A stretch of DNA of 63,969 nt, the filler included, from Rhabdomonas costata (taxonomy: Eukaryota), in the NCBI GenBank assembly GCA_019059605.1. It is 46 parts of 46 records of this genome, joined end to end, with 100 filler letters (N's around TTAATTAATTAA, not from the genome) between each part and the next. Parts side by side here need not be neighbours in the genome. Positions count along the whole stretch, not along the records: positions 25,077 to 26,369 come from JAHMHO010020381.1; positions 26,470 to 27,762 come from JAHMHO010020382.1; positions 27,863 to 29,155 come from JAHMHO010020383.1; positions 29,256 to 30,548 come from JAHMHO010020384.1; positions 30,649 to 31,941 come from JAHMHO010020385.1; positions 32,042 to 33,330 come from JAHMHO010020386.1; positions 33,431 to 34,723 come from JAHMHO010020387.1; positions 34,824 to 36,116 come from JAHMHO010020388.1; 38 more parts are not named here. One strand, given 5' to 3'. A model generated the notes under the pieces. That model was not told the DNA's origin and searched no databases. It saw only the letters and a program-made list of their open reading frames with translations. Positions 25,167-36,272 of this stretch are shown here, piece by piece. Within the stretch, counting starts at the first letter, position 1. Every line of letters starts with the position of its first letter. A program made the translations under genes and the position numbers.

Positions 25167-25695
25167 GGCAGGTACCTACAGATGTGTGGGCGGGCGGGCC
25201 GAGCTGGCCTGGACTCCACCGGTGAGTCCTTCCTTCTCCTCACCAGGGGCACCCTGGAGAAGGGCTGGGAGCTCGTCAGCCGAGGTGTGTGTGTATGTGT
25301 GTGTGTTTGTCGTGAAGAAGTGCAGAAGGAAAATGAAAACCGAGGGAGAAGAGCAGGGCAAGAGTTTCACATGCAGAAAGAGCTGAGGAAGCGGCAGAGC
25401 ACAACAGACGGGACGCCAGCACAGAGAGTGATATTGATTCACTTGTGGTTTGCGTACTTGTACTTGGGGCTTTATGCTGTGGTGTTTCGCTCTTTTGGTG
25501 CCAACAAACGTGATGGACATGATTTTTTTTCTGGGAGAAGCCCAAAATTGTTACCCGACATCCCTTGGCATCCCCTTGGTCAGATATGGAGAGTCTTGGC
25601 AGCGGGTTCACCACGAACGAGGACGACGAAACCGTGCAGCGACTACTTCTGGAGGCAGTCTGTTCTGGGCTGGCGCGGACCACTGTTCAGCCCAG
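25167..25695 (+). CDS. DNA polymerase theta / HELQ-type SF2 helicase, exons ~25167-25284 and 25584-~25695
   Basis: Motif VI YLQMCGRAGRAGLDSTGESFLL, then DMESLGS...RLLLEAVCSGLART (start of the winged-helix region). The outer exon boundaries are uncertain. Confidence 0.85.
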
Positions 25696-26067
25696 GTCAG
25701 CTGCACGGTTGACTGTTGGGTGATCAACAAAGTTCAGCAAAAACAAACCCATGCAAAGTTCATCGTGTAAGATTTGTAACTGTCAAACCAATGACCACGC
25801 AAGCTTTCCAAGTGTTCCAAAAATAGGTGACACCAAAATACAATGCGGGCAACGAACAAATAAAGCTGGGGCCACCCCGTACAGCACACCATTCCATTGC
25901 CTTGCTGAAGTTCACCATCATGTTCGCAAACATCTGAGCAGACTTCAGAAGATTCTGAAGGGCGCCGCGGTTGACCTAAGGAAAATAGATGCAACAAAAA
26001 ATTGCAGCCCTCTTAACAAGCAGTGAGCTGCGGAAAGTTCAGTTGTCTTCGTCTTTCAGAAAGCCCC

Positions 26068-26278
26068 TATAATGGTGAAATAATACTTCGGGGGGGGGGT
26101 GCCCGTATAATGGGGTATTATATAGCCCTACTACTACTAGTATAATTAAACTATAATGGTATTTTACGCAGAGAAATCATCGTTATGCGCTATATCATTA
26201 TAGTTTAATTATATTATAGCACAATGGCTATAATACCTCATTATATGGGCACCCCCCCCCGTATCATTTTCCCCTATA
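26068..26278. repeat. Imperfect ~210-bp palindrome (fold-back or MITE-like) in an intron
   Basis: ggggtgcccgtataatggggtattat pairs with ataatacctcattatatgggcacccc; ataattaaactataatg pairs with cattatagtttaattat. Confidence 0.8.
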
Positions 26279-27192
26279 ATAATCTTGTCCAACTTGCTGG
26301 TCGAACCCAGCAAGAAATGAGTTCTCACCAATGATAACCAACGTGAAAGACCCTGGAAAGGCAGAAAAGNNNNNNNNNNNNNNNNNNNNNNNNNNNNNNN
26401 NNNNNNNNNNNNNTTAATTAATTAANNNNNNNNNNNNNNNNNNNNNNNNNNNNNNNNNNNNNNNNNNNNGTTGGGTTGTGACAATTGCCAGAAGCTCCAC
26501 CATGTGCAGGCCAATGCAAGGCAATGAGACTGACTGCATCGGAAGCTTGCTTTGAGATTCTGGGGACTTAATTTTTAATTTTTAATTTTTTCCATCCGTT
26601 ATCCGCTGGGCGGTGGTTTTTTCAATTTGGAAGCCCCAAAAGAGAATCAAGAAGTCTTGAATTTCTGTTCGTCCTGGACTGGCACGGAAAGACAAGACGT
26701 AAAGATAGGATGCACAGAGGAGGAAACTGGGCAGACATCGAGCCCGTTGAAAGTGTCCACGATCCTCGTTTGGTTTGAAATGGCGGCAATGTGAGTGTCG
26801 CGCAGACTGGAAAAATGTCTGCCATCCGGAAGCAACAAAACATGACAAACACGGAGTTTGGGTTGTGTCCTGGGAATTGACAGCGCCGCAGTGCCCAAAA
26901 AACGGAGGAAAAAAGAATGTCAGGAAAAAACATGCACACGAGTGTAAGCAAGTGTGGAATAAGGAAGGAGGAAATGATGACGAGGAAATAAGAGCGCGCC
27001 CGTTTGTGTGTGTGGGTGGTGGGGGGTTCCGGCCTCAATCTCAACCCAGGACCCCCCGGACTCAGGAAAGGCAACCAGAGGATCAAAGAGGTTCACAGAT
27101 CACAACACTTCGCCACATCAATCGTTGTGCAATGTTTCTCGTACCCCCATACGATAGTCACTAAAAGCCACCCGGAACCCCGGACCACACAC

Positions 27193-27752
27193 CAGAGTGA
27201 ACTGATTCTCGGCCCGAACTTCCGCCCTGGGGTGGCGGATGTTAATAGGCACCACGCAGCTCAGGGTGGTCTTGTCTGGGTTGATACCCAGGTCCTTGAA
27301 GTACCTCCGGAAGGCCCCGCCCACCATCCCCACCAGCACATCGTTGATGGTGTACCGGCGCTCTATCCCCACAAAAGGGGCAGAATGGTATAAGGTGAAA
27401 AGACGCATGTTTAGAACTGTCTAGAATTGGGGCCACCTCATTCCTAAGTTGCTTTGCATAATACCTCGAGCAAAAATGACGCGCTTTGGTGATGTGCATT
27501 CATTCTGGGTCTGCAGAGAGCTGCAGCATGATCATGAGTGTATAACAGGGACATTTTTTGCCTTCCCGAGCAGTAGGCCTGCAATATGAAGAGGACAGTG
27601 AACTGTGGGCAGATAGTGACATAATACAAAACAGCTGTAAAGTTGTTAGAGGTAATCTCTCGTGGAAAAGGTCCAAACACAGGAAAAGATTCCTCACCTT
27701 TGGTGCTTACTGCCTCCGCGAGGGCCTTAGCCGAGGCCACGGTGATCATGTC
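27193..27752 (-). CDS. Wax ester synthase/diacylglycerol acyltransferase (WS/DGAT, WSD type), exons ~27752-27698 and 27362-27193
   Basis: ITVASAKALAEAVSTKE|RRYTINDVLVGMVGGAFRRYF...LSCVVPINIR...ENQFTL fits the TxNDV...ALRRY...VPVNxR...GN WS/DGAT pattern. Confidence 0.85.
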
Positions 27753-27862
27753 CCCAAAACCCNNNNNNNNNNNNNNNNNNNNNNNNNNNNNNNNNNNNNN
27801 NNNNNNTTAATTAATTAANNNNNNNNNNNNNNNNNNNNNNNNNNNNNNNNNNNNNNNNNNNN

Positions 27863-29120
27863 ACACGTTAGAAGCGCACGTCGAGGCGTTGCGAGTGCTA
27901 TACCAGAGGCTGGATAAAGAAAAGCTATATGCAAATCCGGATAAATGCGTGCTTGCTCAGTCTGAGGTAGAGTACTGTGGTTTCGTTGTTGGAAGGAATG
28001 GAATCAGGCCACAGCCGAGAAAGCTCATGTAGATATATAAGTGGCCGCAGCTAACGAACCCGACGGATGTGAAAAGCTTCTTAGGACTGTGTGGCTTTTA
28101 CCAGATGTTCGTGGAGGACTACTCCACAGTGGCAGCCCCCCTGACGGACCTGATGAAAAAGAAGAGAGAATTGGTTTGGAGTGAAGCGCAGGAGACTGCG
28201 TTTCAGAGGCTAAAGGCTAGATTGCTAAAGCATCCTGTTCTTGTGGTACCAGACTTCCAGAAGCAGATGGTTCGGAAGTGGGATTGGAGCCACACTGTCA
28301 CAGGAAGGTGATGATGGGATACATCTCGTCACGTGCCGGTCGACAAAGCTGTCGACGGCAGAGAAGAATTACCCGGTACACGAGTTGGAGATGTTAGCGT
28401 TGGTGGATACATTGGAGTAGTGGAGACATTACCTGTTGTGGGCAGAAGTTAGAGTGCACACGGATAACTCAGTGTTGAGGTACCTGCAGAAGAACCCCCG
28501 AACGTCTCCAAGACAAGTTAGATGGCTAGAAAAGTTGCAGAGATATACGCTGAAGATTTCTCATGTTCCGGGAAGGCTAAATGTAGCAGCGGACGCGTTG
28601 TCGCGTCATCCTCTAAATGAAACGAGCCTTGGAGAGATACAGGAAGGTAAATGTTTTGTGTCAGTGTTTTCTACGGACCCCTGTGTGCGCCCATGCGTGC
28701 TGGCCCAGCAGAAGAGCCAGACAATTGGTGGAAGGACTAATGGCTCGACCCAGCTATACGGAGAAAGTACTTCAACGTGACGACGGCAGAGCTGCTAGAC
28801 CCGAAGAAGTGGCATCATGGACGTATTTGGGATAAAGGGAAGATTGTGGTGCCATACCAGCTGGAGCCAGAAGTTATTTCGCGTTATCATGATTCCCCAC
28901 CCACAGGACATTGAGGAGTGGCTAGAACTTCAGCGATGATAAAGAGAACGTTTGTGTTTAAGAACATCAAGAGAAAGGTAAAAGCGTATGTGCGAACTTG
29001 TGATATATGTCAACGTTGCACGGCGGATCATCATCTGCCAAGAGGCCACACGCAAGTGCTGGAGGTGCCAGTAAACAAGTGGGATCCATTTCCATGGCCC
29101 CTCTGGCATTTTGACGAAGT
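27863..29120 (+). mobile_element. Decayed Ty3/gypsy pol fragment (RT C-terminus, RNase H, integrase Zn-binding region)
   Basis: LYANPDKC...VEYCGF, VKSFLGLCGFY, AEKNYPVHELEMLA, WRHYL...VHTDN, LNVAADALSR, YHD..TGH, CDICQR; in-frame stops and frameshifts. Confidence 0.95.
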
Positions 29121-29490
29121 CCATGGAAATGGATCCCACTTGTTTACCCACCACCNNNNNNNNNNNNNNNNNNNNNNNNNNNNNNNNNNNNNNNNNNNNT
29201 TAATTAATTAANNNNNNNNNNNNNNNNNNNNNNNNNNNNNNNNNNNNNNNNNNNNTGTTGCGGGGATCGACATCCTGGGATCCTTCCCACGACATGGCTG
29301 TGCTGTCACATAGCGACTCGTCGGTGCTTCACAGTGGGACGCACACACAGAGCAGGGTCACAGTGGGACGCGTACACATTTGTGTGCGTGTTTTGGTATA
29401 GTTCTTTAAACAGTAGACCTTGCAAGACGATTTCTTGCATATTTTGACAGTCGTTTTCAAGAGAAACGTGCTTTGTCCTCTGAAGAAGAG

Positions 29491-29545
29491 GGAATTCTCT
29501 GAGGAAGTTCTCTGAGGAAGTTCTCTGGGAAGTTCTCTGGGAATT
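29491..29545 (+). repeat. Minisatellite, 12-13-bp unit, about 4 copies
   Basis: (ga)ggaagttctct repeated upstream of the 29592 ATG. Confidence 0.85.
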
Positions 29546-29591
29546 TGCAGTCTTTGCGGCGGAAAGGCACCGTACCAGCTTTGGGTCCTCT

Positions 29592-30267
29592 ATGGCGGAG
29601 CCTCGCCCCAAGCCGGACGCAGCTGCTCTATCTGAAGGGTTAGATCCCATGCTATCGGGGGCGCCAAAGTGGCTGGCATGGCTTCTTAGACCCGGCTCCT
29701 CCCTTTCTGCGGCCATGTGGGTCTTCCTGAACAGCATTTTTGTGGCGCTTTTCGCAGTGATTGCGCTGCTGTACTATATGGTGCGTGAATTTCTTGCGCA
29801 CTCGCGTCACATCCAGGGGAGTACAAAAAACAGAGGGCTGACGGCGATGAACAGATATTTCAGCCACTTTTCAGTTCAGGTTAGCCTTAAGCTGGCTGAA
29901 AGTAAACATCCGTCTGTCGACCACTGGCAAAAACGGTTCTTTGGGTGTCGCACATGTCGTTGAACTCATTACTGATCGTTAATCAGGACAGATGCAAGAT
30001 GCTTTCTGTTTTTGGTATGCAAATTGGGTGCGTGTCTTCTGATGACAATCGAACAAACTGCCACCTCAGTTGCATCAGTTGGTGGCGGCCCAGTGACAAC
30101 TTGAGCAGCAATTAGATTCATTCCCGGTATTCTGCCGCAATTAAAGTGGATGATTTAATTGCTTTCGCTGCATGCACTGCCGCTGCTTTTCCTCTTTAGG
30201 ACGTCGGTGGGATTCACACGATCATCTTCGGGCTGCTGTTTCTTGGTCTGGTTCTTTCCGCGAATTG
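29592..30267 (+). CDS. Small ER membrane protein, Pkr1-like (V-ATPase assembly), exons 29592-29780 and 30200-30267
   Basis: LLRPGSS...FLNSIFVALFAVIALLYYM|DVGGIHTIIFGLLFLGLVLSANW: PG motif, two TM helices separated by IH, then W. Confidence 0.65.
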
Positions 30268-32318
30268 GTGTGAGGCGCCTTCTTGTGCCACACAGAGGAT
30301 ATACTTGCCTGCTTGTTTGTTCGTCCTTCAATATGCCCGAACGCGCGCAGTAATACAGTCGAACCAGCCTGTGTTTCAGCGTGGTATGGGTGTTGCTCTT
30401 GTCAGTGGATCAAGACAATGCAAGGCATGCTCTGGTAAACCTTCGTCATTTAACATGCGCATGCTTCCTTTGATTTGTGTTTTCAAACTGGCTTTCTAGC
30501 GCACTGTGATGTCTTTTTGTTATCCTGGAGTCCATTCCACACAACCCCNNNNNNNNNNNNNNNNNNNNNNNNNNNNNNNNNNNNNNNNNNNNTTAATTAA
30601 TTAANNNNNNNNNNNNNNNNNNNNNNNNNNNNNNNNNNNNNNNNNNNNTGGTGGGGGGGGACCGACCGTGAGGGAGGGACCGACAGGAAGCAGAGGTATC
30701 CTCCATGACTCTCTGTCAGTCGCATGCTCCCCGACATGAGTCGGTACGCATGCTCCTTCCCTCTGAAGCACTCTCGGTACCTCGAGTGCTGACGTGATAC
30801 TACTACGGCATGGCTTCGTCCCTCAACCATGCCTTCGTGTATTCCTATCCCCACTTCATTGCGTTTCGTGGGGCCCCTTCTTTACGCTTCGTCACTTCGT
30901 TAGTGTCGACAGGTGTCGTTGGTGCCGACACCTGCACCTACCACAGCTTTCTCGTGATGGCAACTGTTCGCAGATCAGTTGGACCTGGATTGACCTTGAA
31001 AAACTAATCTGGACGAATCAAATTGGACCGTGATGCGATTTACCATTCCATATACCCATAGTAGTGTTCGCATTTGAACCTTCTTCAGGTTAGTATCCGA
31101 GGACTGGAGCAGCCCGAGTTTGCACGCGTTGCTGCCGCATTGAGGCCCCTCGCAGGGGTCAGCCTCCAGCACCGCTCAGGCAAGCTATACAGTGTCGATA
31201 TCCCACTGGGCATTCTCACCTCGGAGCTCTCCATTTCCGCGCTGCTTCGGATGAGCCGAAAGTGCGGGTGACAACCTTCCCTCGGCTCCGCCTCCCCTAG
31301 CATTCTGGTCGGTGGTACCTGAACTTTCTGCTTTATGCTGTGGGCCCCTCCCGTTGGGAGCTGCCCTTTCCCAGAGGGCGCTCTGAAAGGGGCTCTCTGA
31401 TGGCAATGATTTCATATTGCTTCAGAGGAAGGGTGCAGACGAAATGGTGCGTTACTCGACCGTGATCTACTTGCCAACGCGCCTATGCGGAAAATTGCGG
31501 ATGAGCAATGGCAGATAAACAATTACGACGCATGGATGTCCTCGACCGAGTGGAGTCGTTTGTGGCTTATGAAGCTCCTTTGCTTCCAGTGCATATCGCG
31601 CTGAACACGCCAGGCGGTGTGACGTATGCCATTTGCGAAGCACCCCGCTGTCTTTCAGGACAAACAAAATGCTGTGCCAGATCGGATACAGAAGTGCTTC
31701 ATCTAAGAGCTGCCTTCCGTTCCTTGCGAAGATGTATTTGTCCTTTGAAAGACCCCCCTCCCTCCCATTCATGAATCCATTCCTTTTGTTGTGATCTTGA
31801 ACCCAAGTAACCGGCACATTAGGCACAATGATACTGTTCAGGTTGCGAAACAGGCAATGTGCGAAGATCGGAGAAAACATGAGCAGCACAGACTCAATCT
31901 GTTGTGATCCCAACAGATGATTAACAGCGTTCCACAAAAAANNNNNNNNNNNNNNNNNNNNNNNNNNNNNNNNNNNNNNNNNNNNTTAATTAATTAANNN
32001 NNNNNNNNNNNNNNNNNNNNNNNNNNNNNNNNNNNNNNNNNAGGTTTGAAGTGATCAACACTTTGTGCCGCCCTTTTCCCTGTGCGGGAGCAACTTAAGG
32101 CGCACCGAACAATTTCACCCAAAGTGCGTTGATGAGCTGCAGAATTCGTGGCTTTTGGTTGTCTTTCAGCAGATATTGACCGAGTATACCCCCCCACACC
32201 TAGTTTTTTTTCACTTTCTTTCTATTGCGGTCGTTGCGGCCTTTTCCTCTCTATCTGTCGTTCTCTTTCCCTTTCCCAGTTTCGTCCTGCTGAGTTTTCT
32301 CCTTTTTCCGTTTTGGAA

Positions 32319-33330
32319 ATGCTCCGTGGGCAAAGTGAGGCGATGTGCCAGGGGGCCTCTCTTCCCCCACGGTGGCTGAACCTGGACACCCCAATTCCCA
32401 CCCCCCGCGACGCTGTGCTCGCCATGGAAGGCTGCCGGCCCCCTCTCTCGCGGCCTGACCTCCCCGAACAGCCCGTGACCCGCACCTCTCTACTCAACGC
32501 AATCATTCCTGTGGAGCGAGAGATGGCTGCGGTACCCCCTGCCAGCGACATTCCTCTGGAAGCGGCAGTGATAATTGGGGTGTACACCATGGACTCCGCG
32601 GTGTTCAAGCTGGCGAATGCCTGGGGGGCACACTCGCACCGCTCGGTCGACGAGATGGCCCCAGTGCGGGACTTCTACCGGTGCCTCCTGTATTGGCTCC
32701 AAAAGCTCCCACCGCGGCTTCGGTACCGTGGCCCCGCCGTTCGGGTGCTGAAAGTGTCCAATGTGCCCTCTCTAATGGGTGCGCAAGAAGACTACAAGTG
32801 GAGCTTCCGTGTGGGTAATCCGGTCAACTTCTACTCTTTTGCCAGCTTTGGCATCGATGAGAGCAGGCTGGCCGCTTTCACCGGTGGGCCCTCGGAGCGC
32901 GTGATTGTGTTCAAGTGTGAGGAAGTTGAGGGGTACCTCATTGATGAGATCTCCATGATTCCTCGGCTGGGTGGGGGTAAGGAGTCCGAGGTATTGGTGC
33001 CATGTCCCAGCTTTTTCCGAGTGTCTGCAACCCCCTGCATGATTCACAAAGTGTTGTTCGTGCAGGTTGAGCAGGACCGAGAAAAGTCCGATAGATTTGC
33101 ATACCTTCAGCTGAAGGACGAAGAAAAGAGCTCTTCGCTAGTGGGCGCCAGAGATCAGGATCCTGCTGTCGCCGCCTTAAGCTGTTCCATCACCACTTCG
33201 ATACCGGAGTGGAGTGATGAAAGCGAACCTGTACACCTCATGCGCAAGTACATCAGACGCTGCGTGAAGTGCCCGTGGTGCCGCAGGCGCGGTCCCTCAG
33301 CGGAGACAGGATCCGAGGAGTGCGCCACTT
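32319..33330 (+). CDS. R-S-E clade ADP-ribosyltransferase domain protein (3' truncated, no introns)
   Basis: VYTMDSAVFKLAN, LQKLP..YRGPAVR (R), FYSFASF (S), GYLIDEIS...KESEVL...FRV (ExE). Start ATG inferred. Confidence 0.8.
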
Positions 33331-33807
33331 NNNNNNNNNNNNNNNNNNNNNNNNNNNNNNNNNNNNNNNNNNNNTTAATTAATTAANNNNNNNNNNNNNN
33401 NNNNNNNNNNNNNNNNNNNNNNNNNNNNNNGGGGTGGGTGAATAACATCGCTCGGATGGGTTCTGAAGTATAGCACGTCACCACGTACACTCAGAACATA
33501 TACGGATGAGCATGGGATGACTGTTCCCACGTTCGGATTCGAGGAAAAAGGCATACGATGCCCAGGGATCTGAGTGAAAGATTTCCTCAGACTTTTCCCT
33601 TGCATGTTTGCGGCCACAGCGTCTCTTCCTTGCGGACACACAGCCCGAAAGCAAACAATTTCCAAGATTCCATTCCTCTGTACCTGCAGTCTGGTTTGGT
33701 GCCCGCTTTGATTTTCAACAACGGCAGGTTTGTTGTGCAAATGGGTCGCACTCGTGCACGTTCGAGCTGTAGGAGCTTCTAGTAGCTTGTGATTGTGGTG
33801 GTGGGAC

Positions 33808-34712
33808 CTGCAGGGCGAGGGCGAACTTCACGGCCTTGTCCGCACTGGCCCAGGCCAGCACAAACCCCCCGGCCTCGGTCTTCTTGACCTCGTACCCCTC
33901 GTGCTCGCGGGCCAGCCCGCGGGCGGTTTCGTGGAACAGCCGCATCGCCGCCGCCATGTCCCCGCTGGGGCAGTCCTGCCACAGCGACATCGTGTCGGCG
34001 ATCTCGGTGAGCACCACACAGACCTCCCCGCTGGGCGGGGGAATGGACCGCATCTCCGGAGGCACCTCGCTAGCCGAGACCGCGGAGACGGCCTCCATAA
34101 CTCGGTTGATGACCTGCGTGTTTTAATGTGAAGAGAGTGCCATCGGTGAACCCAAACATACAGAATGAGTTACGACTCAACACACACGCACACACAAAGA
34201 GTGCTTCATATGTTACCTGCACAGGCTCAAATCGATGACATTGGCATGACACCAGCGGTGGATTCATTGTGGTCAAGAAATAAGAGCGGCTTTGTTATTG
34301 GCGGCAACTTGGACATGAACATCCTCGCACCGATAAACATCTGAAGGAAGCCAGGAGGGCTCTGCCGATGGTTGACCAGATTCTTTTTTGCGGTATTCTT
34401 TCCGGGAGGGTGGCGACGGTACACGACGCAACAAATCAAGCCTTCGGAACCTGGAGCCCTGTGACACACATAAGTAAACATTGCCTTTCGACAAGCAGTT
34501 AAACTTACACCTTCGGCAGGCTGCAGCACATACCAAGGAAGTGCCCCTTGCCTAGCCGTCCTTTTCCACAGACACAGCCATGCACCACGCGCAGCACACG
34601 CCTCCAGCTTGCTGAAGTTCTCCTCTCGGCTCTGCCGCAGCCACTGGGCCAGCTTCTGCGGGGGCTCGGGCTGCTCCGGCAGACCACTCAGTCGGGCCGC
34701 CATGGTCTTGGG
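33808..34712 (-). CDS. Class III adenylyl/guanylyl cyclase-like domain (kinetoplastid receptor-AC type); exon 34113-33808 and probable upstream exon ending at 34602
   Basis: PPSGEVCVVLTEIADTMSLWQDCP..MAAAMRLFHETARGLAREHEGYEVK...FVLAWASADKAVKFALALQ parallels VTIVFTDIxxSTxLW...GYEVKTxGDxF. Confidence 0.85.
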
Positions 34713-35481
34713 CACCACCACCCNNNNNNNNNNNNNNNNNNNNNNNNNNNNNNNNNNNNNNNNNNNNTTAATTAATTAANNNNNNNNNNNNNNNNNNNNN
34801 NNNNNNNNNNNNNNNNNNNNNNNTTTTGGTAGGAAGGAGAAGGGAGCCAGAACGACAGTTTCCGAATGACAATGACAAAGTCGATGAGCTAAAGGGACAT
34901 GCGTGGAGGGAAAATGCACTCCAGAAAGTACTTCATGGTGCCCGAGGCATCCTTGGAAGCGGTCTTGCTAAAAATTTTGGCCAATTCATACCCTTCCTGG
35001 GTGCCCCCAAAAGCGTCAAAGCAATATCTTGCGAAGAAAATCACACGGCGGGAAGCAAAATCATAGGAGACAAATGCACACAAACCACATCAGCAGAAAG
35101 CCACTTGGCAATGTTTTGGATCACCACGTCGGCAAGCTGTTTCCGAAGCTGCTTCAAAGCCCACACCAGGGCTATCCTTCGGGTGAAGCGCGTACTGTGA
35201 TTCTGCAGAATCAGAATCAGATTCGAAATCCGATATGCGCACACACAATGCAGATAAATGTCGAGTTTGGACAATTACCACTCCCAAGCTTTCGAATTTC
35301 ACTTTCGAATATGCAAGCAAAAATCGATTGCGTGTCACCATTATTGCGCAACACAGAGGTACAAAGAAAGGCGGTGCGGCAGTGCCAGCAGCACTTACAA
35401 GAGCGACAATCGATGATTTCTGCCTTCTGTCGCATGCCCAAGACAGAGCACAAGTACATACACGCACAAAAACAGGCACAC

Positions 35482-35957
35482 CGTGACCCAACTCTCCAGA
35501 GCATCTCTGCCCTGAGCAGATGGAAAGCTGACACTAAACTTCATGCACGTTCGCTCGATGGCCATCCCCTGGACCTTCAAAAACCGAATCAGCTCCAACG
35601 CCTGCGCCTTGACTGCGACGTTTGGGCTGAAAAAAGCAAACAGATAAAAAAATTGAGAAATCTCATCCGTAACCACATCACATCCTTCAAGAAAGCATAA
35701 AGCAGTTGCTCTGAGCCCGATTTTTTGTTTTTCCGTGGTTGACTTTCAGCAAAGTTACCGCACGGAGTTTTTTCAAAAAAAAAAGGGGGGGGGGGGAACA
35801 CAAACCGGACAGAAAACCCAAACTTTTCCATGGCCTGCTCCAAGATCCTGCCGCTGTACAGTCGGTGGTAGTAGGGATCCACGCACATCTCAGCCGCAGC
35901 GTAGGCGATCTGTTTGGTCAGCTGGTCCCGTTGGTAGTTCCGCTCCATCGTATTGCC
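35482..35957 (-). CDS. SBDS/Sdo1-like ribosome maturation protein, exons 35957-35806 and 35626-35482
   Basis: ERNYQRDQLTKQIAYAAAEMCVDPYYHRLYSGRILEQAMEKFGFSVR|PNVAVKAQALELIRFLKVQGMAIERTCMKF matches SBDS domain II (CVNP...IExAM...KxQALExI...IERAxM). Confidence 0.85.
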
Positions 35958-36272
35958 CTTTCCATGCGCAAAACGACTCATACCCAAAACCACATTGATT
36001 AAGGAGAGGCATCCATGTGTTACAGTCAAACAGATGTGAACTGGGTTCTCCAGTAAGCATAAACTCCGAGAGCGATAAAACAAAACACAAAGAGAAGACT
36101 TGGGTGCACCCAAAACNNNNNNNNNNNNNNNNNNNNNNNNNNNNNNNNNNNNNNNNNNNNTTAATTAATTAANNNNNNNNNNNNNNNNNNNNNNNNNNNN
36201 NNNNNNNNNNNNNNNNTGTGGCTGTGATTCCTGGAAAGACACATTCTGATCGCGCTGTTTCTCCTCCTGCAG

